A DNA stretch of 64,000 bases. Origin: a virus. Its lineage: Duplodnaviria; Caudoviricetes. The DNA is taken from positions 402 to 64,401 of IMG/VR virus record IMGVR_UViG_3300024967_000001. The stretch is one strand, 5' to 3'. The position numbers and the translations under genes are program-made. The stretch's first letter is position 1. Each line of letters starts with the position of its first letter. The notes under the pieces are model-generated. The model saw only the letters and a program-made list of their open reading frames with translations. It did no database searches and was not told where the DNA came from. Shown piece after piece: positions 27,286-37,641 of this stretch.

Positions 27286-28527
27286 TTATTCGAACAGGTC
27301 TATTACGCGTAGCGGGCGAATATTCTTATCAATGACACGACGAGCAACATGAGACCAAGTGTAGCCGGTGCGTAGCGTCGGATCGAAAGGGCTTGTTCCC
27401 TGATAGGCTGCGGCATAAAACGGACTTTGCTCCAGCGTTACCGGATATTCGATCAATGTGCCTTCCAATGGGTTTAACTCTATCGCCGTCGTAGCCATCG
27501 TCTTCATCTGGTCGCCAGGCTCAAACAGGAAATCGAAGTCATAGCTATTTTGACCACCATCAGAATACCGGACAACAATAGTTGCCCCGCCATGATCGCC
27601 CAAGTAAGTGCCAGCACTGCTAATGCCAATGCCGTCCCCAGGACTTGAAAGCTCTGAGTCTGCTGTACCGCCTAAAGCGCCAATATTAGCCCCGATCGCA
27701 TAAGCACCAGGCAAAAAGTTATTAGCGTGTGTGATTTGATGACGCTCTTTCACGACTGAAACAGGCTCACGGAAACGCTCAAACGGGTATTTAAACAGCA
27801 CTAACTCGTTAGTCAGCAACACAGCATCATCAGTGTCACTATCAATGCCGCAATGCACTTTACCGATATAACCATCGTTCAGCGTATAGCCGGTATTGAT
27901 ATGATTGAAGCCGGTATTGGACTCCGAAAACATGCCGTAATTGGTTACGCCTTCGTTGATAATGACCTGGTTCATGGCATCCTTGATAAACGTATTTTCA
28001 TAGACGTTATCCTTTCCGATGCGCCCAGTTGCCAAGCCTGATCCTGAAAAGCCAGAACCAGCAACCGAATTGCTTGATGAGTAAAAGCCCATTGCGTACT
28101 GCGGCGCTGCGCCCTGCGCTTCGCCCGTCACCAGTCCTACTGCGCCGCCCGAAGTCATATATGGCTCAGATACCATATACCGTATATTATTCCATAGGTA
28201 GGTATGCACGTCGTGTTTCTTGAAGTACACCGTAAACGAGGCAATGCGCCGAATTTTTCGTGTTGATAAGGTTGTCACATCCACCCCGATTTCGTCAATA
28301 TCAGCCAGTCCGTACATGTTTGATTGAGCATACAACTTCACGCCATCCGGCAGGGTCTTGCGGGTAATGCCAGCTTTAATGCCGCCTAACTGCATCTTGC
28401 GCTTCAATTCGCCGAGCAGTAATCGCGCTTTGGCTTCATACGTCGCGCACAGGTTGGGATCGCCCAGGAAATTACGCAGTACCGGGCCGAGTTCCAAACC
28501 GCCGATGTGCTTGCCGTTAAAAAACAC
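27286..28527 (-). CDS. Putative tail-associated protein
   Basis: 413-aa ORF in the virion operon (GTG start). Confidence 0.55.
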   Translation of the reverse strand: MFFNGKHIGGLELGPVLRNFLGDPNLCATYEAKARLLLGELKRKMQLGGIKAGITRKTLPDGVKLYAQSNMYGLADIDEIGVDVTTLSTRKIRRIASFTVYFKKHDVHTYLWNNIRYMVSEPYMTSGGAVGLVTGEAQGAAPQYAMGFYSSSNSVAGSGFSGSGLATGRIGKDNVYENTFIKDAMNQVIINEGVTNYGMFSESNTGFNHINTGYTLNDGYIGKVHCGIDSDTDDAVLLTNELVLFKYPFERFREPVSVVKERHQITHANNFLPGAYAIGANIGALGGTADSELSSPGDGIGISSAGTYLGDHGGATIVVRYSDGGQNSYDFDFLFEPGDQMKTMATTAIELNPLEGTLIEYPVTLEQSPFYAAAYQGTSPFDPTLRTGYTWSHVARRVIDKNIRPLRVIDLFE

Positions 28528-29501
28528 TAGATTTTCCTTGTCAGTTTTTCCACGCTCAACACAATGTCATCAACGACACCTTGACTTCCAGCGACATTCT
28601 CCAGCTTTGATTTCCAATACTTGCCTTTACAGCCCCGACCAAGATTAACCTTGCTGGTTTTCATCTGCGTGGTTGCTGGCACATTGTAGGCATTAGTTCC
28701 AGTTGCTTCATCCGTGATGGTTAATTTAAAAGGCCCACCCTTTATTCCAAGCCAAGCATCCGGTATGCGTTTTAGGTAATGATCGCCAAAGTCCATGCGT
28801 CCAGTTTCGATAAAGGAGTTTATAGAAGTTCCATTATCAGTTGCACCAGAAAGCGCGTGTATGCCGGTATTATCAGCCCCAAAGCTACCTGACAGACTAT
28901 TAAAGCCATAATTCTCAAACTTACTGACAGCAAAAGTGTTGAGATTAATCGCATAGCCATAGAACACCTCATTGGCAAGGAAATCATACGTGGCATCCAG
29001 ATAGCCCGTAGCCGCCGTGTACGCATTGAAATCGTAAGACGCATCCAGATAGCCGATGGACGGCGTATAAGCCAGCAGATCATAACTGACATCGATATAG
29101 CCGGTCTTTTGCTGATAGGCTTGCAGGTCGTAAGTGGCATCGAGATAGCCGACTTTCCGGCTGTACGCCAGCAGGTCATAGCTGGCATCCAGATAGCCTG
29201 TTTGCTCCGCGTAGCAGTTCAGGTCATAGCTGCCGTTGACATAGCCGACTGCTTCCGTATAGGCCAATAGGTCATAACTGGCATCGACATAGCCGGTTTG
29301 TTCGGAGTAGGCTAACAGGTCGTAACTGGCATTCAGATAGCCGACCAGCGCCGTACGTACCGGCAGAGCAAACGCTACAGACGGCGATACCGGATAGCTC
29401 AGGGTCTTGACGAACTGCCCGTTGCCAATCGGTCGCATCACGACGACCGGGGCTTTGACCTCCCGGTGTCGCCGAATCCAGTTACCGCCGTTACGGAACA
29501 T
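28527..29501 (-). CDS. Virion protein with 8 x 16-aa tandem repeats
   Basis: xxxxGYLDASYDLLAY repeats; C-terminal K..LGRG.KG.YW domain. Confidence 0.7.
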   Translation of the reverse strand: MFRNGGNWIRRHREVKAPVVVMRPIGNGQFVKTLSYPVSPSVAFALPVRTALVGYLNASYDLLAYSEQTGYVDASYDLLAYTEAVGYVNGSYDLNCYAEQTGYLDASYDLLAYSRKVGYLDATYDLQAYQQKTGYIDVSYDLLAYTPSIGYLDASYDFNAYTAATGYLDATYDFLANEVFYGYAINLNTFAVSKFENYGFNSLSGSFGADNTGIHALSGATDNGTSINSFIETGRMDFGDHYLKRIPDAWLGIKGGPFKLTITDEATGTNAYNVPATTQMKTSKVNLGRGCKGKYWKSKLENVAGSQGVVDDIVLSVEKLTRKI

Positions 29502-29941
29502 TACAGTTCTTCGAGTGTCGCGCTAATGATGCTGATAGCTGAGTTCGTGCCAGCGCCGGTATTCCACAGCACCAGCTCGCTACTGACCGGGATATACAGA
29601 CCTTCCGGCCATGACCAGTAAATCATCGAGCCGATAGTGGCCGGAAAGGTGACACCCTCCACAAATGCGGTTGGCACGGTAGGGGCTGCCGACCATGCCG
29701 TGGCAATGCGTGACGTTCCCGCCGCGCCGCCGAGCACGGTATTGAGTGGAGCAACACCGCTGGTTTGCGTTCCCGCCGCTGCGGCTATCCCTAATGAAAA
29801 CTCGGAAGCCGTAGCACTGCCGATGACAATCTTGAGTTCAGTCAGTTTGACCGCATTGGTGGCATTGGTTAATAGTCCCCAGCAAGGCGTATTGGTTGCC
29901 GCTCCTGCCGCTGTTCTTGCCCGATATTGAAATGTCGCCAT
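29501..29941 (-). CDS. Virion-associated protein
   Basis: Ala/Thr/Gly-rich coupled ORF. Confidence 0.6.
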   Translation of the reverse strand: MATFQYRARTAAGAATNTPCWGLLTNATNAVKLTELKIVIGSATASEFSLGIAAAAGTQTSGVAPLNTVLGGAAGTSRIATAWSAAPTVPTAFVEGVTFPATIGSMIYWSWPEGLYIPVSSELVLWNTGAGTNSAISIISATLEEL

Positions 29942-29944
29942 GAT

Positions 29945-30760
29945 TTAAACCTTTACGTTGAAGCCAAGACTGAAACTGTTTGCCAGCGTCTCGGTGAATG
30001 AATTGGCCGGAACTTCGCGTTTGATCCAGATCGCTTTACAGTAGGTCGTGCCAGCGGTTGAACTGAGATTGAACGCCGTCAATGGTGCCGCCGAAGTCGG
30101 TGATGAGAAGGTCACGCCAGCCGGTGCGCCGGTTTCCGATCCGGTATCAGCCGGGTAATCGGTGCCTGATACGCCTGCGCCGGTGCTGGGAACTTGAGTT
30201 GCAAGGCCGATGCTGATGGTGTCCAGTCCCGGTGTGTTCGAGGCAATGAACAGTTTAATATCCACCTTTTCGTCCGTGGTCGCCACAGTGCCGGTATTCT
30301 TGATAAAGATGCAGCGGTATTCGGTCAGCCCTGCCAGCGATTGTGCTTTGGTCACGTCATCGAAGATTTTCACATCTTGCGCGGTAATGGCTACCGTATC
30401 GGTGGCACTGGCTGACGGCAACGAGGATGCAACCACGGTCACATGCAACACACCGCCGTTGTTTAAGCCTTGCAGCGCATAGGTGCCGCTGGTCGAGACA
30501 TTAACGGCGGCACCGGTCTGTCCTCCGTAGGGAGTCCACGCAAGGCTTTTTGACGTTGACGAATAGGTGTAGCTTAATGTGCCATTGCCTAATGCGTTGC
30601 CCATAGCATCGCCGAGCGTCACGCCGAGAATGGGCGTGGTAGCGGTAGCGAGTTGCGACAGGATTTTGGTTGATGAGATTGCGCCTCCTGTAGAGGCACT
30701 GGCTGTACTATTGCCAGCGCCCCCAGAGAGGTAAAATGCGAGTTCACTTAAGTTACTCAT
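29945..30760 (-). CDS. Virion-associated protein
   Basis: FDDV...G.TEYRC.FIKN...AIWIKR motif. Confidence 0.65.
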   Translation of the reverse strand: MSNLSELAFYLSGGAGNSTASASTGGAISSTKILSQLATATTPILGVTLGDAMGNALGNGTLSYTYSSTSKSLAWTPYGGQTGAAVNVSTSGTYALQGLNNGGVLHVTVVASSLPSASATDTVAITAQDVKIFDDVTKAQSLAGLTEYRCIFIKNTGTVATTDEKVDIKLFIASNTPGLDTISIGLATQVPSTGAGVSGTDYPADTGSETGAPAGVTFSSPTSAAPLTAFNLSSTAGTTYCKAIWIKREVPANSFTETLANSFSLGFNVKV

Positions 30761-30828
30761 TGGTTGCCTTCTATGAGGATCGTGGCGTCATCACGACGCG
30801 GTTGCGCTAGTGCGCGGTTGTTACTGCT

Positions 30829-31098
30829 TTAATCGAGTTTGAATTTCAAAGATCCTTGGATTGCATCATCGAAATTGATTGTTAGAACATCCCGTACCGA
30901 TAACGGATGCTCAATTACAGATATTGCTAAGTCGTCATGCTTGAACGATACTTCAACGCGGCCATCTGCAAGCTTTATCTGCAAGCCATTTAAAGATACT
31001 TTAAACGTGCCATCCATATCTTGATCGTCAGTGATAATGTTGCTGACTAGGCCCTTAAATAAGGCGGCTTTAAATTCTTTTGTCATTGTTAAATTCAT
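30829..31098 (-). CDS. Hypothetical moron
   Basis: AT-rich; flanked by a 15-bp direct repeat. Confidence 0.55.
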   Translation of the reverse strand: MNLTMTKEFKAALFKGLVSNIITDDQDMDGTFKVSLNGLQIKLADGRVEVSFKHDDLAISVIEHPLSVRDVLTINFDDAIQGSLKFKLD

Positions 31099-31126
31099 GC
31101 TTTATGCCTGTAGAGATATTACTGCT

Positions 31127-31342
31127 TTAATCGTTGTTGTTAATCAATACGCCTTTATAGCCAACTGATTCGACGGAATAGTAATCGGTTCCCCATCCAT
31201 CTACTTCATAAGCATCAAATTTTCCGCTTTTAATTTCAGCATCAATAATTTCAAAAGCTTCTTCTTCGCTATGCGCCATAGTAAAGATGCTGACTTGACC
31301 ATGACCTTCCGGATAGAAACTGTAAAGTTTCAGCTCACCCAT
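31127..31342 (-). CDS. Hypothetical moron
   Basis: AAGGAG RBS and upstream TATAAT. Confidence 0.6.
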   Translation of the reverse strand: MGELKLYSFYPEGHGQVSIFTMAHSEEEAFEIIDAEIKSGKFDAYEVDGWGTDYYSVESVGYKGVLINNND

Positions 31343-31379
31343 AATAGCTCCTTGGAATTTAGGCAATTATAACACAATC

Positions 31380-32597
31380 CTATAACACTCCGCGCAAAGC
31401 TTCTGCGGCTGCATATTCACTGTTAGCCAGCGGATTAGCCGTTGCGTCACGGCCTACGAAGATCAAATAATCATGACCGTCCTGCTGCAAAATAGTCTGC
31501 GTCCCTTCCTTGAAGAAGGGGATTGCAATATCTTTGTAGCTGATTTCGGCCACCCCTTCCGGCGAGCATTGCAGCCAACCCCGATCCGACATGACATAAG
31601 CGGTCTTGCCGTCAGGATGATAGACTTCCGAACCTTTGACGGTCGCGCAGTCTTGCAGTTCTTCGTAAATCGCCGGGCCGTCGCCGTCGATATTGGTGAT
31701 CCTGCCGAACTTGTTTTGTGTACCGATATAGAGCACGTTAGGGCAGGAGATAATCACCTGCACGTTGCTGTCCAGCCGGAAGTATTGGCCTTTGTGTTGC
31801 AAGCCGTAATTGTGCAAATCCGTCCAGTACACTTTGTCGCCGACTGCATAATAAATACGGCCGTAATGGGCTTTGATAATTCCGATCGGTCTTGGAGTCC
31901 AAGCAAATTGCGTGGACAGCGGCACGGTGCATATTCGATTGGTCAGGGTGATCTGGTCAATGTCAGCCGAGAATTCTCCGTACAGAGACAGGTCTTTGCT
32001 GTTGACTGAGCTGATATAGATAGCCACACCAGAACAATATGCAGGGGGAGTAGGGAAATTATTCAGGTAAATGCCGCCGCCATCAACGACCGTCACGCGC
32101 TTACTGTTGCCGGTGCCGCCTTCCTGTCCGTCTGAGCCTATCCAGGTTATGCAAATTCTATATTCGCCAGCAAACAAACCGCCCACGCTAACAGGCGTTG
32201 CATCCGGTTGCCGCGGTGGTCGTGCCGTTCCCCACTCGTAGTTGACGCCGTTGACAATCCTGCCCGAAGTCAATTCATTGGCCCAATACAGCGTATCAGC
32301 GACTTGCGTATAGAATACCCGCGTACTGCCGACTCCGCTTTGCAATGTCGTTGCAGTATCGTCATCATTCAGCCTCTTTAAATCGCCGTCCTCAACGAAT
32401 AGCGTTAGATCATCGGTGGCATGAATCCATTTGCAATCGCCAGCGTAGCGCAATGTTTTACCGGGACGCGGAAACAATACCGTGCCGTCGTCGGCAAACA
32501 GGACGTTGACGGCGTTATAGAGCTTACCTTCCGGCAACGCGGTATCTTTGGCCCGGTTGTTCAGCCCTTGGAATTTTGGAAGATTAACGTCGGTCAT
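31380..32597 (-). CDS. Putative tail/stabilisation (nozzle-like) protein
   Basis: F.GLNN...L..AVNV; beta-rich; position. Confidence 0.6.
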   Translation of the reverse strand: MTDVNLPKFQGLNNRAKDTALPEGKLYNAVNVLFADDGTVLFPRPGKTLRYAGDCKWIHATDDLTLFVEDGDLKRLNDDDTATTLQSGVGSTRVFYTQVADTLYWANELTSGRIVNGVNYEWGTARPPRQPDATPVSVGGLFAGEYRICITWIGSDGQEGGTGNSKRVTVVDGGGIYLNNFPTPPAYCSGVAIYISSVNSKDLSLYGEFSADIDQITLTNRICTVPLSTQFAWTPRPIGIIKAHYGRIYYAVGDKVYWTDLHNYGLQHKGQYFRLDSNVQVIISCPNVLYIGTQNKFGRITNIDGDGPAIYEELQDCATVKGSEVYHPDGKTAYVMSDRGWLQCSPEGVAEISYKDIAIPFFKEGTQTILQQDGHDYLIFVGRDATANPLANSEYAAAEALRGVL

Positions 32598-32599
32598 AA

Positions 32600-32797
32600 T
32601 TAGGTAAGGACAAATTCAACAACTTTAACTTCATCTCCTTTGCCATGCCATGAGTATCTTCCATTCGTCATCTTGAAGTGTACGGGAGTTTCTATATCGC
32701 AATCTACGTAATCATCACCATCGCCAACTACGCAATCAAGATCGCCTTCTCTGGCTTTAATCGCTTCCAGTTCTGCTATTATTTCGCTTATATTCAT
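32600..32797 (-). CDS. Hypothetical protein
   Basis: MNISEII.ELE.IK...GDL motif. Confidence 0.55.
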   Translation of the reverse strand: MNISEIIAELEAIKAREGDLDCVVGDGDDYVDCDIETPVHFKMTNGRYSWHGKGDEVKVVEFVLT

Positions 32798-32813
32798 TAT
32801 TCACCAACTTTAT

Positions 32814-33065
32814 TCATCGTGGGTACACTATGCCGATAACGGCATTATTTTTAGGCCAGGATACAGTCTTGCCGGGGTTTTTATCCATCAGCAGTTTAAG
32901 CTCAACGCGAGCTTGAGCATCCAACACATCTACTGCTACCTTGTTGTTTACCCAAGGCTCGTAAAAATTGGTATTGGCCTTATCCACAATAGAATCAGGG
33001 AAGCCGTCAATGTACGGGTAAGGCTGGCTGATGCTGTCCCAGTTTTGATAAGATGACTGACTCAT
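32814..33065 (-). CDS. Hypothetical protein
   Basis: ORF in operon. Confidence 0.5.
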   Translation of the reverse strand: MSQSSYQNWDSISQPYPYIDGFPDSIVDKANTNFYEPWVNNKVAVDVLDAQARVELKLLMDKNPGKTVSWPKNNAVIGIVYPR

Positions 33066-33068
33066 TAT

Positions 33069-33584
33069 CTAATCTCCCACCTTAACTTTGAGCAACAGTT
33101 CTACTTTCTCTGTGTTCGATTTCGTTGCCAGTACATTAATTTCAAATTCACCCGCGGCAATAGCCGCATCCGGCAATGCGTCGATCATAAACTGACACGA
33201 GGTGCCGGTGTTGCTGGTTGATGACACGGTTACGCCATGAGTGCAGGTATAAGCGACTGATGAAATAGATTCAGTCGCCGGCATCAGAGTATCCAGCATT
33301 CCCTCCCACGTTAAACCTAATGCGCCGTCTGTAGACTCCTCCCCCGGCACATAGCTTAATGTCGGCGCTGTTGCTCCGCTTTTGCCCGGATTCTTAACCC
33401 GATAAATAAGGCCGGTATAGACAGGCGGCACCATAATGTCGTAATTATCATCATCGTATTTGCGATAGACCTTATTAGCTTCCCACGGATCGGCACGAAA
33501 GATAATGCCCATCAACCTTTTTGAGTTGGGTTTGTGATTGCCAGCTATTCGATAGCCGCCCGTTTGTAGCGCGTCATAAAGCAT
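33069..33584 (-). CDS. Virion-associated protein
   Basis: W.A...Y...G..Y.V..PG.SG...P module. Confidence 0.55.
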   Translation of the reverse strand: MLYDALQTGGYRIAGNHKPNSKRLMGIIFRADPWEANKVYRKYDDDNYDIMVPPVYTGLIYRVKNPGKSGATAPTLSYVPGEESTDGALGLTWEGMLDTLMPATESISSVAYTCTHGVTVSSTSNTGTSCQFMIDALPDAAIAAGEFEINVLATKSNTEKVELLLKVKVGD

Positions 33585-33593
33585 TAGCGTTTC

Positions 33594-34733
33594 CTAATGG
33601 ATGATGGTGTTAGGTTGGGTTTCTACGATGATTTTACCATATTGCGCCTCAACTATCAGGCTATTCGGCTGCTGGCAGGCAATCAGTTTATTCGGCTGAT
33701 GCTCGACAATGACCCATTCCACCGAGGCGGTGTTCAGTCCGGCATTAGCCGAATAGAACACATGCGGGTTCACATACAGCGGGGGCGATAGCGTAACCGT
33801 CCCGGCCAAGACCGACGGGGCATGGAAGGTGCTCGCATGATCGTACAGCGCCCCGTGCAGGATATGGCTAACCGTGGGGCTATGGAAGTCGTGCGTATTG
33901 GCAATCAGGCTCGGCGCAAGATTCGCCTCACCGACCGTGACTGCGGGCGCATAAAAGCTGTGCGACTTCGCAAACAGCTCCGGGGCAAGGTGCTGTGTGA
34001 CCGTGGGCGCATAGAACGTGTGGTTGTTGGCAAATAGGCTCGGCGTCAGATCGACCGCCCCAATTGTTACCGCAGGCGCATAGAAGGTATGGCTGTTGCT
34101 AAACAGGCTCGGTGTTAAGCTGACCGCTCCTGTTGTGATCGTCGCCGAAGGAAAACTGTGTGGCTCGCTAAACAGTGCCGGTGCCAGCGTGACCGCTCCC
34201 GGCGTGACTGTCGGCGTATAGAAACTATTTCCATGCGCGTACAGGCTGGGCGTTAAGTTGACTGCGCCAGTAGAGACCGTCGCCGCATGGAAGGTATGCG
34301 TGTTCGTGAATAGCGTCGGCGTGAGCGTGACTTCTCCCGGCGTGACCGTGGGCGCATGAAACTCATGGCTATTGCTGAACAGCGAAGGCCGTAGGATGAT
34401 TGCGCCGCCATCAACCACAGGGATATAGAACGTATGCGTTTCAGTAAACAGCGCAGGCGATAATGTGACTTCGCCAGTACTGATCGTCGGTGCGTAAAAC
34501 GTTGCTGAATGCGAGAACAGGTCAGCCGCTAACGTGATCTCGCCCGCCGATACCATTGGCTCATGGAAGGTATGACTATGCGCGTAGAGTGAGGGCGTTA
34601 AAGAGACTGAGCCAGTGGATACTGTCGCTGCATGAAAGGTATGCGTGCTAGCAAATAACGACGGCGTTAAGGCCTGTGTACCACTAGAAGTACTCTCAAA
34701 TGCCCCTAAAGTACCAGAACCTAATACGTTCAT
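33594..34733 (-). CDS. Fibre-like protein with about 14 His-containing 23-aa repeats
   Basis: LTPSLFxxxHTFxAPTVTxGxVx tandem repeats. Confidence 0.7.
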   Translation of the reverse strand: MNVLGSGTLGAFESTSSGTQALTPSLFASTHTFHAATVSTGSVSLTPSLYAHSHTFHEPMVSAGEITLAADLFSHSATFYAPTISTGEVTLSPALFTETHTFYIPVVDGGAIILRPSLFSNSHEFHAPTVTPGEVTLTPTLFTNTHTFHAATVSTGAVNLTPSLYAHGNSFYTPTVTPGAVTLAPALFSEPHSFPSATITTGAVSLTPSLFSNSHTFYAPAVTIGAVDLTPSLFANNHTFYAPTVTQHLAPELFAKSHSFYAPAVTVGEANLAPSLIANTHDFHSPTVSHILHGALYDHASTFHAPSVLAGTVTLSPPLYVNPHVFYSANAGLNTASVEWVIVEHQPNKLIACQQPNSLIVEAQYGKIIVETQPNTIIH

Positions 34734-34735
34734 AG

Positions 34736-35509
34736 TTATTGCCTAATTTCAGTAACCTTGATATATGCCTTCCCAGCTCCTCCGTAATACCTAGAACTTG
34801 TACCTGCACCAGCATTTACATAAAAGGTTCCTGATTGCCCTCCTACCCTTAGTTTGAAAGTTGTAGAGCCTACTGCCCCTGAAACAAGTTCTGTGTATAC
34901 AGTTCCATTATTTGCTTCTATCACATCACCTGAAAAAGCAGTTATCTCTAAAGCGCTTGCCGTTGTATCTTGGAATAGTGCGCCTACCACCACCATGCCC
35001 GAACCGTTAGGCGTACCCCAAAAACCGGATTGTACCTGCAAAATGCTGTCCGAGAACTTTCTAACATAAGCCAGCGTTATAACTTCAGTACCTTCAGTAT
35101 TTTGAGGTATTGTATCATCATATGGTATAGCAGTAGAGCAGGTTACTACTGTATTAATTGAAGCGTACCCGCGCCCTACAACAATACCTGTTGTATCTGC
35201 ACTTCCAGCAATCCCTACAATAGCAGAAGATGTTAGGCTTAGCGCTGATGGACTAGTGTTATCAAACGTCCCTGAATTGATAGTTTCTTGCACAACGGTT
35301 CTTGCCAGCGTCCACGGCGTCCCAGTTGTTAAAGTGCCTAGTCCCGATTCTTTATTATCGCCATCTTCTATCACATATTTAACAACATCACCCGTTGTAA
35401 ACTGGTCTTGAAACCGGCAAAATCCTGTGACAGCACCGCCTAGAGATATAGTTCCAGTTCCTGGAGTTCCAGATACACTTTCTTTTACCCAGTTTGCTAA
35501 CTTAGGCAT
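34736..35509 (-). CDS. Putative tail fibre/receptor-binding protein
   Basis: ANWVKE....GTGTI.LGGA..G N-terminus; IP.DDTIPQ.TEG.E C-terminal module. Confidence 0.65.
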   Translation of the reverse strand: MPKLANWVKESVSGTPGTGTISLGGAVTGFCRFQDQFTTGDVVKYVIEDGDNKESGLGTLTTGTPWTLARTVVQETINSGTFDNTSPSALSLTSSAIVGIAGSADTTGIVVGRGYASINTVVTCSTAIPYDDTIPQNTEGTEVITLAYVRKFSDSILQVQSGFWGTPNGSGMVVVGALFQDTTASALEITAFSGDVIEANNGTVYTELVSGAVGSTTFKLRVGGQSGTFYVNAGAGTSSRYYGGAGKAYIKVTEIRQ

Positions 35510-35525
35510 TGATTACATCCTAATG

Positions 35526-35942
35526 TCAAAGAGAGAAGATGCCAGCCGCATCCCAGGTAATCGAAATATCCCCGCCATTGGGCAGCACCGGCAATCCTGT
35601 AATTCCCGTATCCAAATAAGCCACTAGCGCCCAAGTCGTATTAGCCCCAGCATTCTTGCGATAAATAACCAGAGCTTCGGCGTTATTGCCCGTGACCGCA
35701 GTAAACGTCACATCAGCGCCGTCGAAGGTGCCGTTGGTGTATGTCTTGGTGGCGCCGATTTCCATCGGGGTTCCGACAATGCCGGATAAGTCCGAGTAAT
35801 ACTGATGCGCCGAGGAATAGGTGTAGGTGCCGGTATCGATCAGGGCGACATAGACGCCGGTTGCGCCTGATCCGTCAAGATCGTGATCGGCGGTGCCTTG
35901 CAGCAGGTTTTCTAAATATTTGGGATAAAGAGCGTTTGCCAT
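35526..35942 (-). CDS. Virion structural protein
   Basis: MANALYPK...LVAYLD....LPV.PNGGDI.I.W...GIF. Confidence 0.7.
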   Translation of the reverse strand: MANALYPKYLENLLQGTADHDLDGSGATGVYVALIDTGTYTYSSAHQYYSDLSGIVGTPMEIGATKTYTNGTFDGADVTFTAVTGNNAEALVIYRKNAGANTTWALVAYLDTGITGLPVLPNGGDISITWDAAGIFSL

Positions 35943-36053
35943 TGCGGTTCCTTGAGGAGTATGAAGTCATCACGACTTGAGTTGAATAAGGGCCATTTAT
36001 GCGCTCGGGAAAATGAAGGAAACCCAAACTGGGAAATGGCGAAAATTGTAGGG

Positions 36054-36710
36054 TTAGAAATAAGCCTTATTGCGGTGCGGCCTGTTGGAATATTCCTTGC
36101 GGCGGCTGGTCGCTTTCGGCCTGTTGCCAAAGTAATCCGTAAACTGTTTTTCGTAATAGGTCGCCTTGATCGGGTTAAACATATCCGCATCCTGAATGCT
36201 ATAGGCCCGATACAGCACCCAATCGACCAAGTGCCGATGGTGTGTGCGATTCATTTCCGGCGCTTGTCCTGTACTAACCAGTTCATCGGGAATGCGGTAG
36301 GTTTCCAGCTTGAGCGTAAAGGCCGCATCAGGCTGTGGGTACAGTTCCAGCGTGGTATCGTAATGCAGGTAATGCGTCGGTGTGCCGGTTTGCTCACGCC
36401 AGTCATTGCTAACCCTGTCCAGTTCAATGCGGTCTGTAGCGGTCAGTCGCGTGCTAGCTCCGGCGCTATCGACTAAGGACACATACGGCAGCGCATAAAT
36501 GCTGTCATCCAGGTTATAGACGGATTTCCCCGACGTGACGCTGACCGAGCAAAACGCACTGGTCTTGTCGAACACCAGGTTCGCCCGGATACAGGCTTCT
36601 TCTATCGCTTCATTCAGATACAGCAGGAACTTCGGTACCGACAGGAAATGTGCTTGCGCCTCGTCATCGAACTGACTGCGATACAGTGTTTCCAGCTCGC
36701 TAACGCGCAT
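36054..36710 (-). CDS. Head-tail adaptor-like protein
   Basis: YLNEA..EAC.R...H..LVDWVLYRAY. Confidence 0.7.
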   Translation of the reverse strand: MRVSELETLYRSQFDDEAQAHFLSVPKFLLYLNEAIEEACIRANLVFDKTSAFCSVSVTSGKSVYNLDDSIYALPYVSLVDSAGASTRLTATDRIELDRVSNDWREQTGTPTHYLHYDTTLELYPQPDAAFTLKLETYRIPDELVSTGQAPEMNRTHHRHLVDWVLYRAYSIQDADMFNPIKATYYEKQFTDYFGNRPKATSRRKEYSNRPHRNKAYF

Positions 36711-37075
36711 TACAGCAATCCGAACTGTTCAATCAAGCGTGTCACTTCGGCCCGTTGGCTTTCGACGCCTTTACGCTTGTTGATTTTAAAACCATTAAAA
36801 TGCGTGGCGGCAAATTCAGCCAGCGCGTCACTGTCCATGTTCGCTACCGCATCCACGGTGTCCTGAATATCTTCTTCGGGTTGTTCTTTCGCTTCGATGT
36901 CAACCGGCGTGGCTTTCTTGTCATCGCTTTTTTCAAACTGGTCGGGATGGCGCAGAAACTTGACTGCCCATTCTTGCGGAACCGCTTTGGTTTCGCCTTG
37001 CTGGAATACGATCTTCGAGCCGTAGCAACCGTCAATATAAGATTCACGCTTGCCAATATAGGTAATTGCAATCAT
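36710..37075 (-). CDS. Hypothetical head-associated protein
   Basis: Coupled ORF after capsid genes. Confidence 0.6.
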   Translation of the reverse strand: MIAITYIGKRESYIDGCYGSKIVFQQGETKAVPQEWAVKFLRHPDQFEKSDDKKATPVDIEAKEQPEEDIQDTVDAVANMDSDALAEFAATHFNGFKINKRKGVESQRAEVTRLIEQFGLL

Positions 37076-37145
37076 AACTGTCCTTTGCTTGAACAATTCC
37101 CCGTCAAGCTTTCGCGATAACGGGGAGTTGCCAGGAGGTTAAAGG

Positions 37146-37631
37146 TTAAGCGGGGACGCCTTTCCAGATGCCGTCAACAACCACATCCAAACGACCTACG
37201 GCGGCATGGTTAGCCCCGGCAATCGTTAAAGTCAGGTAAGCGTCTTTCGGCAAAGTCACCGGAGCGACAGCCAGGTTAGCTGCCGCAGTTCGTCCTTGCG
37301 CGTCGGTTGCCAGAGCTGCATCGAAGTAATCCGCATCTTGCGGCACATCGGTACTGTCCACGCCATCCACATACGCAAAGCCGATATCCGCTGTTGTCGC
37401 CGCTGTGAAAGCGTCAGAGACAATAGATAGGCAGCCATGCAGTTGCAAGCCAGCCGGTAAAATGCCGATTCTTACCACATCAGCCACCGCTACAGCAGTA
37501 GTCTGGTCGGAATCCACGAACACGCCCGAGGCATTGGTTGCGAATGTATACAGACCTTTCCAAGCATTGCCGTACGGGGCAGTGCTGAACATGTCCAGCT
37601 TGTTGATTTTTTTCTTGGTTACATTAGCCAT
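37146..37631 (-). CDS. Putative capsid decoration protein
   Basis: AGGAG RBS; beta-rich 161 aa downstream of the capsid gene. Confidence 0.6.
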   Translation of the reverse strand: MANVTKKKINKLDMFSTAPYGNAWKGLYTFATNASGVFVDSDQTTAVAVADVVRIGILPAGLQLHGCLSIVSDAFTAATTADIGFAYVDGVDSTDVPQDADYFDAALATDAQGRTAAANLAVAPVTLPKDAYLTLTIAGANHAAVGRLDVVVDGIWKGVPA

Positions 37632-37641
37632 GATTAAACTC

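Noticed and set aside
28980-29350. CRISPR array or DGR repeats
   Set aside because: In-frame coding repeats without unique spacers; no cas or reverse transcriptase gene in the window
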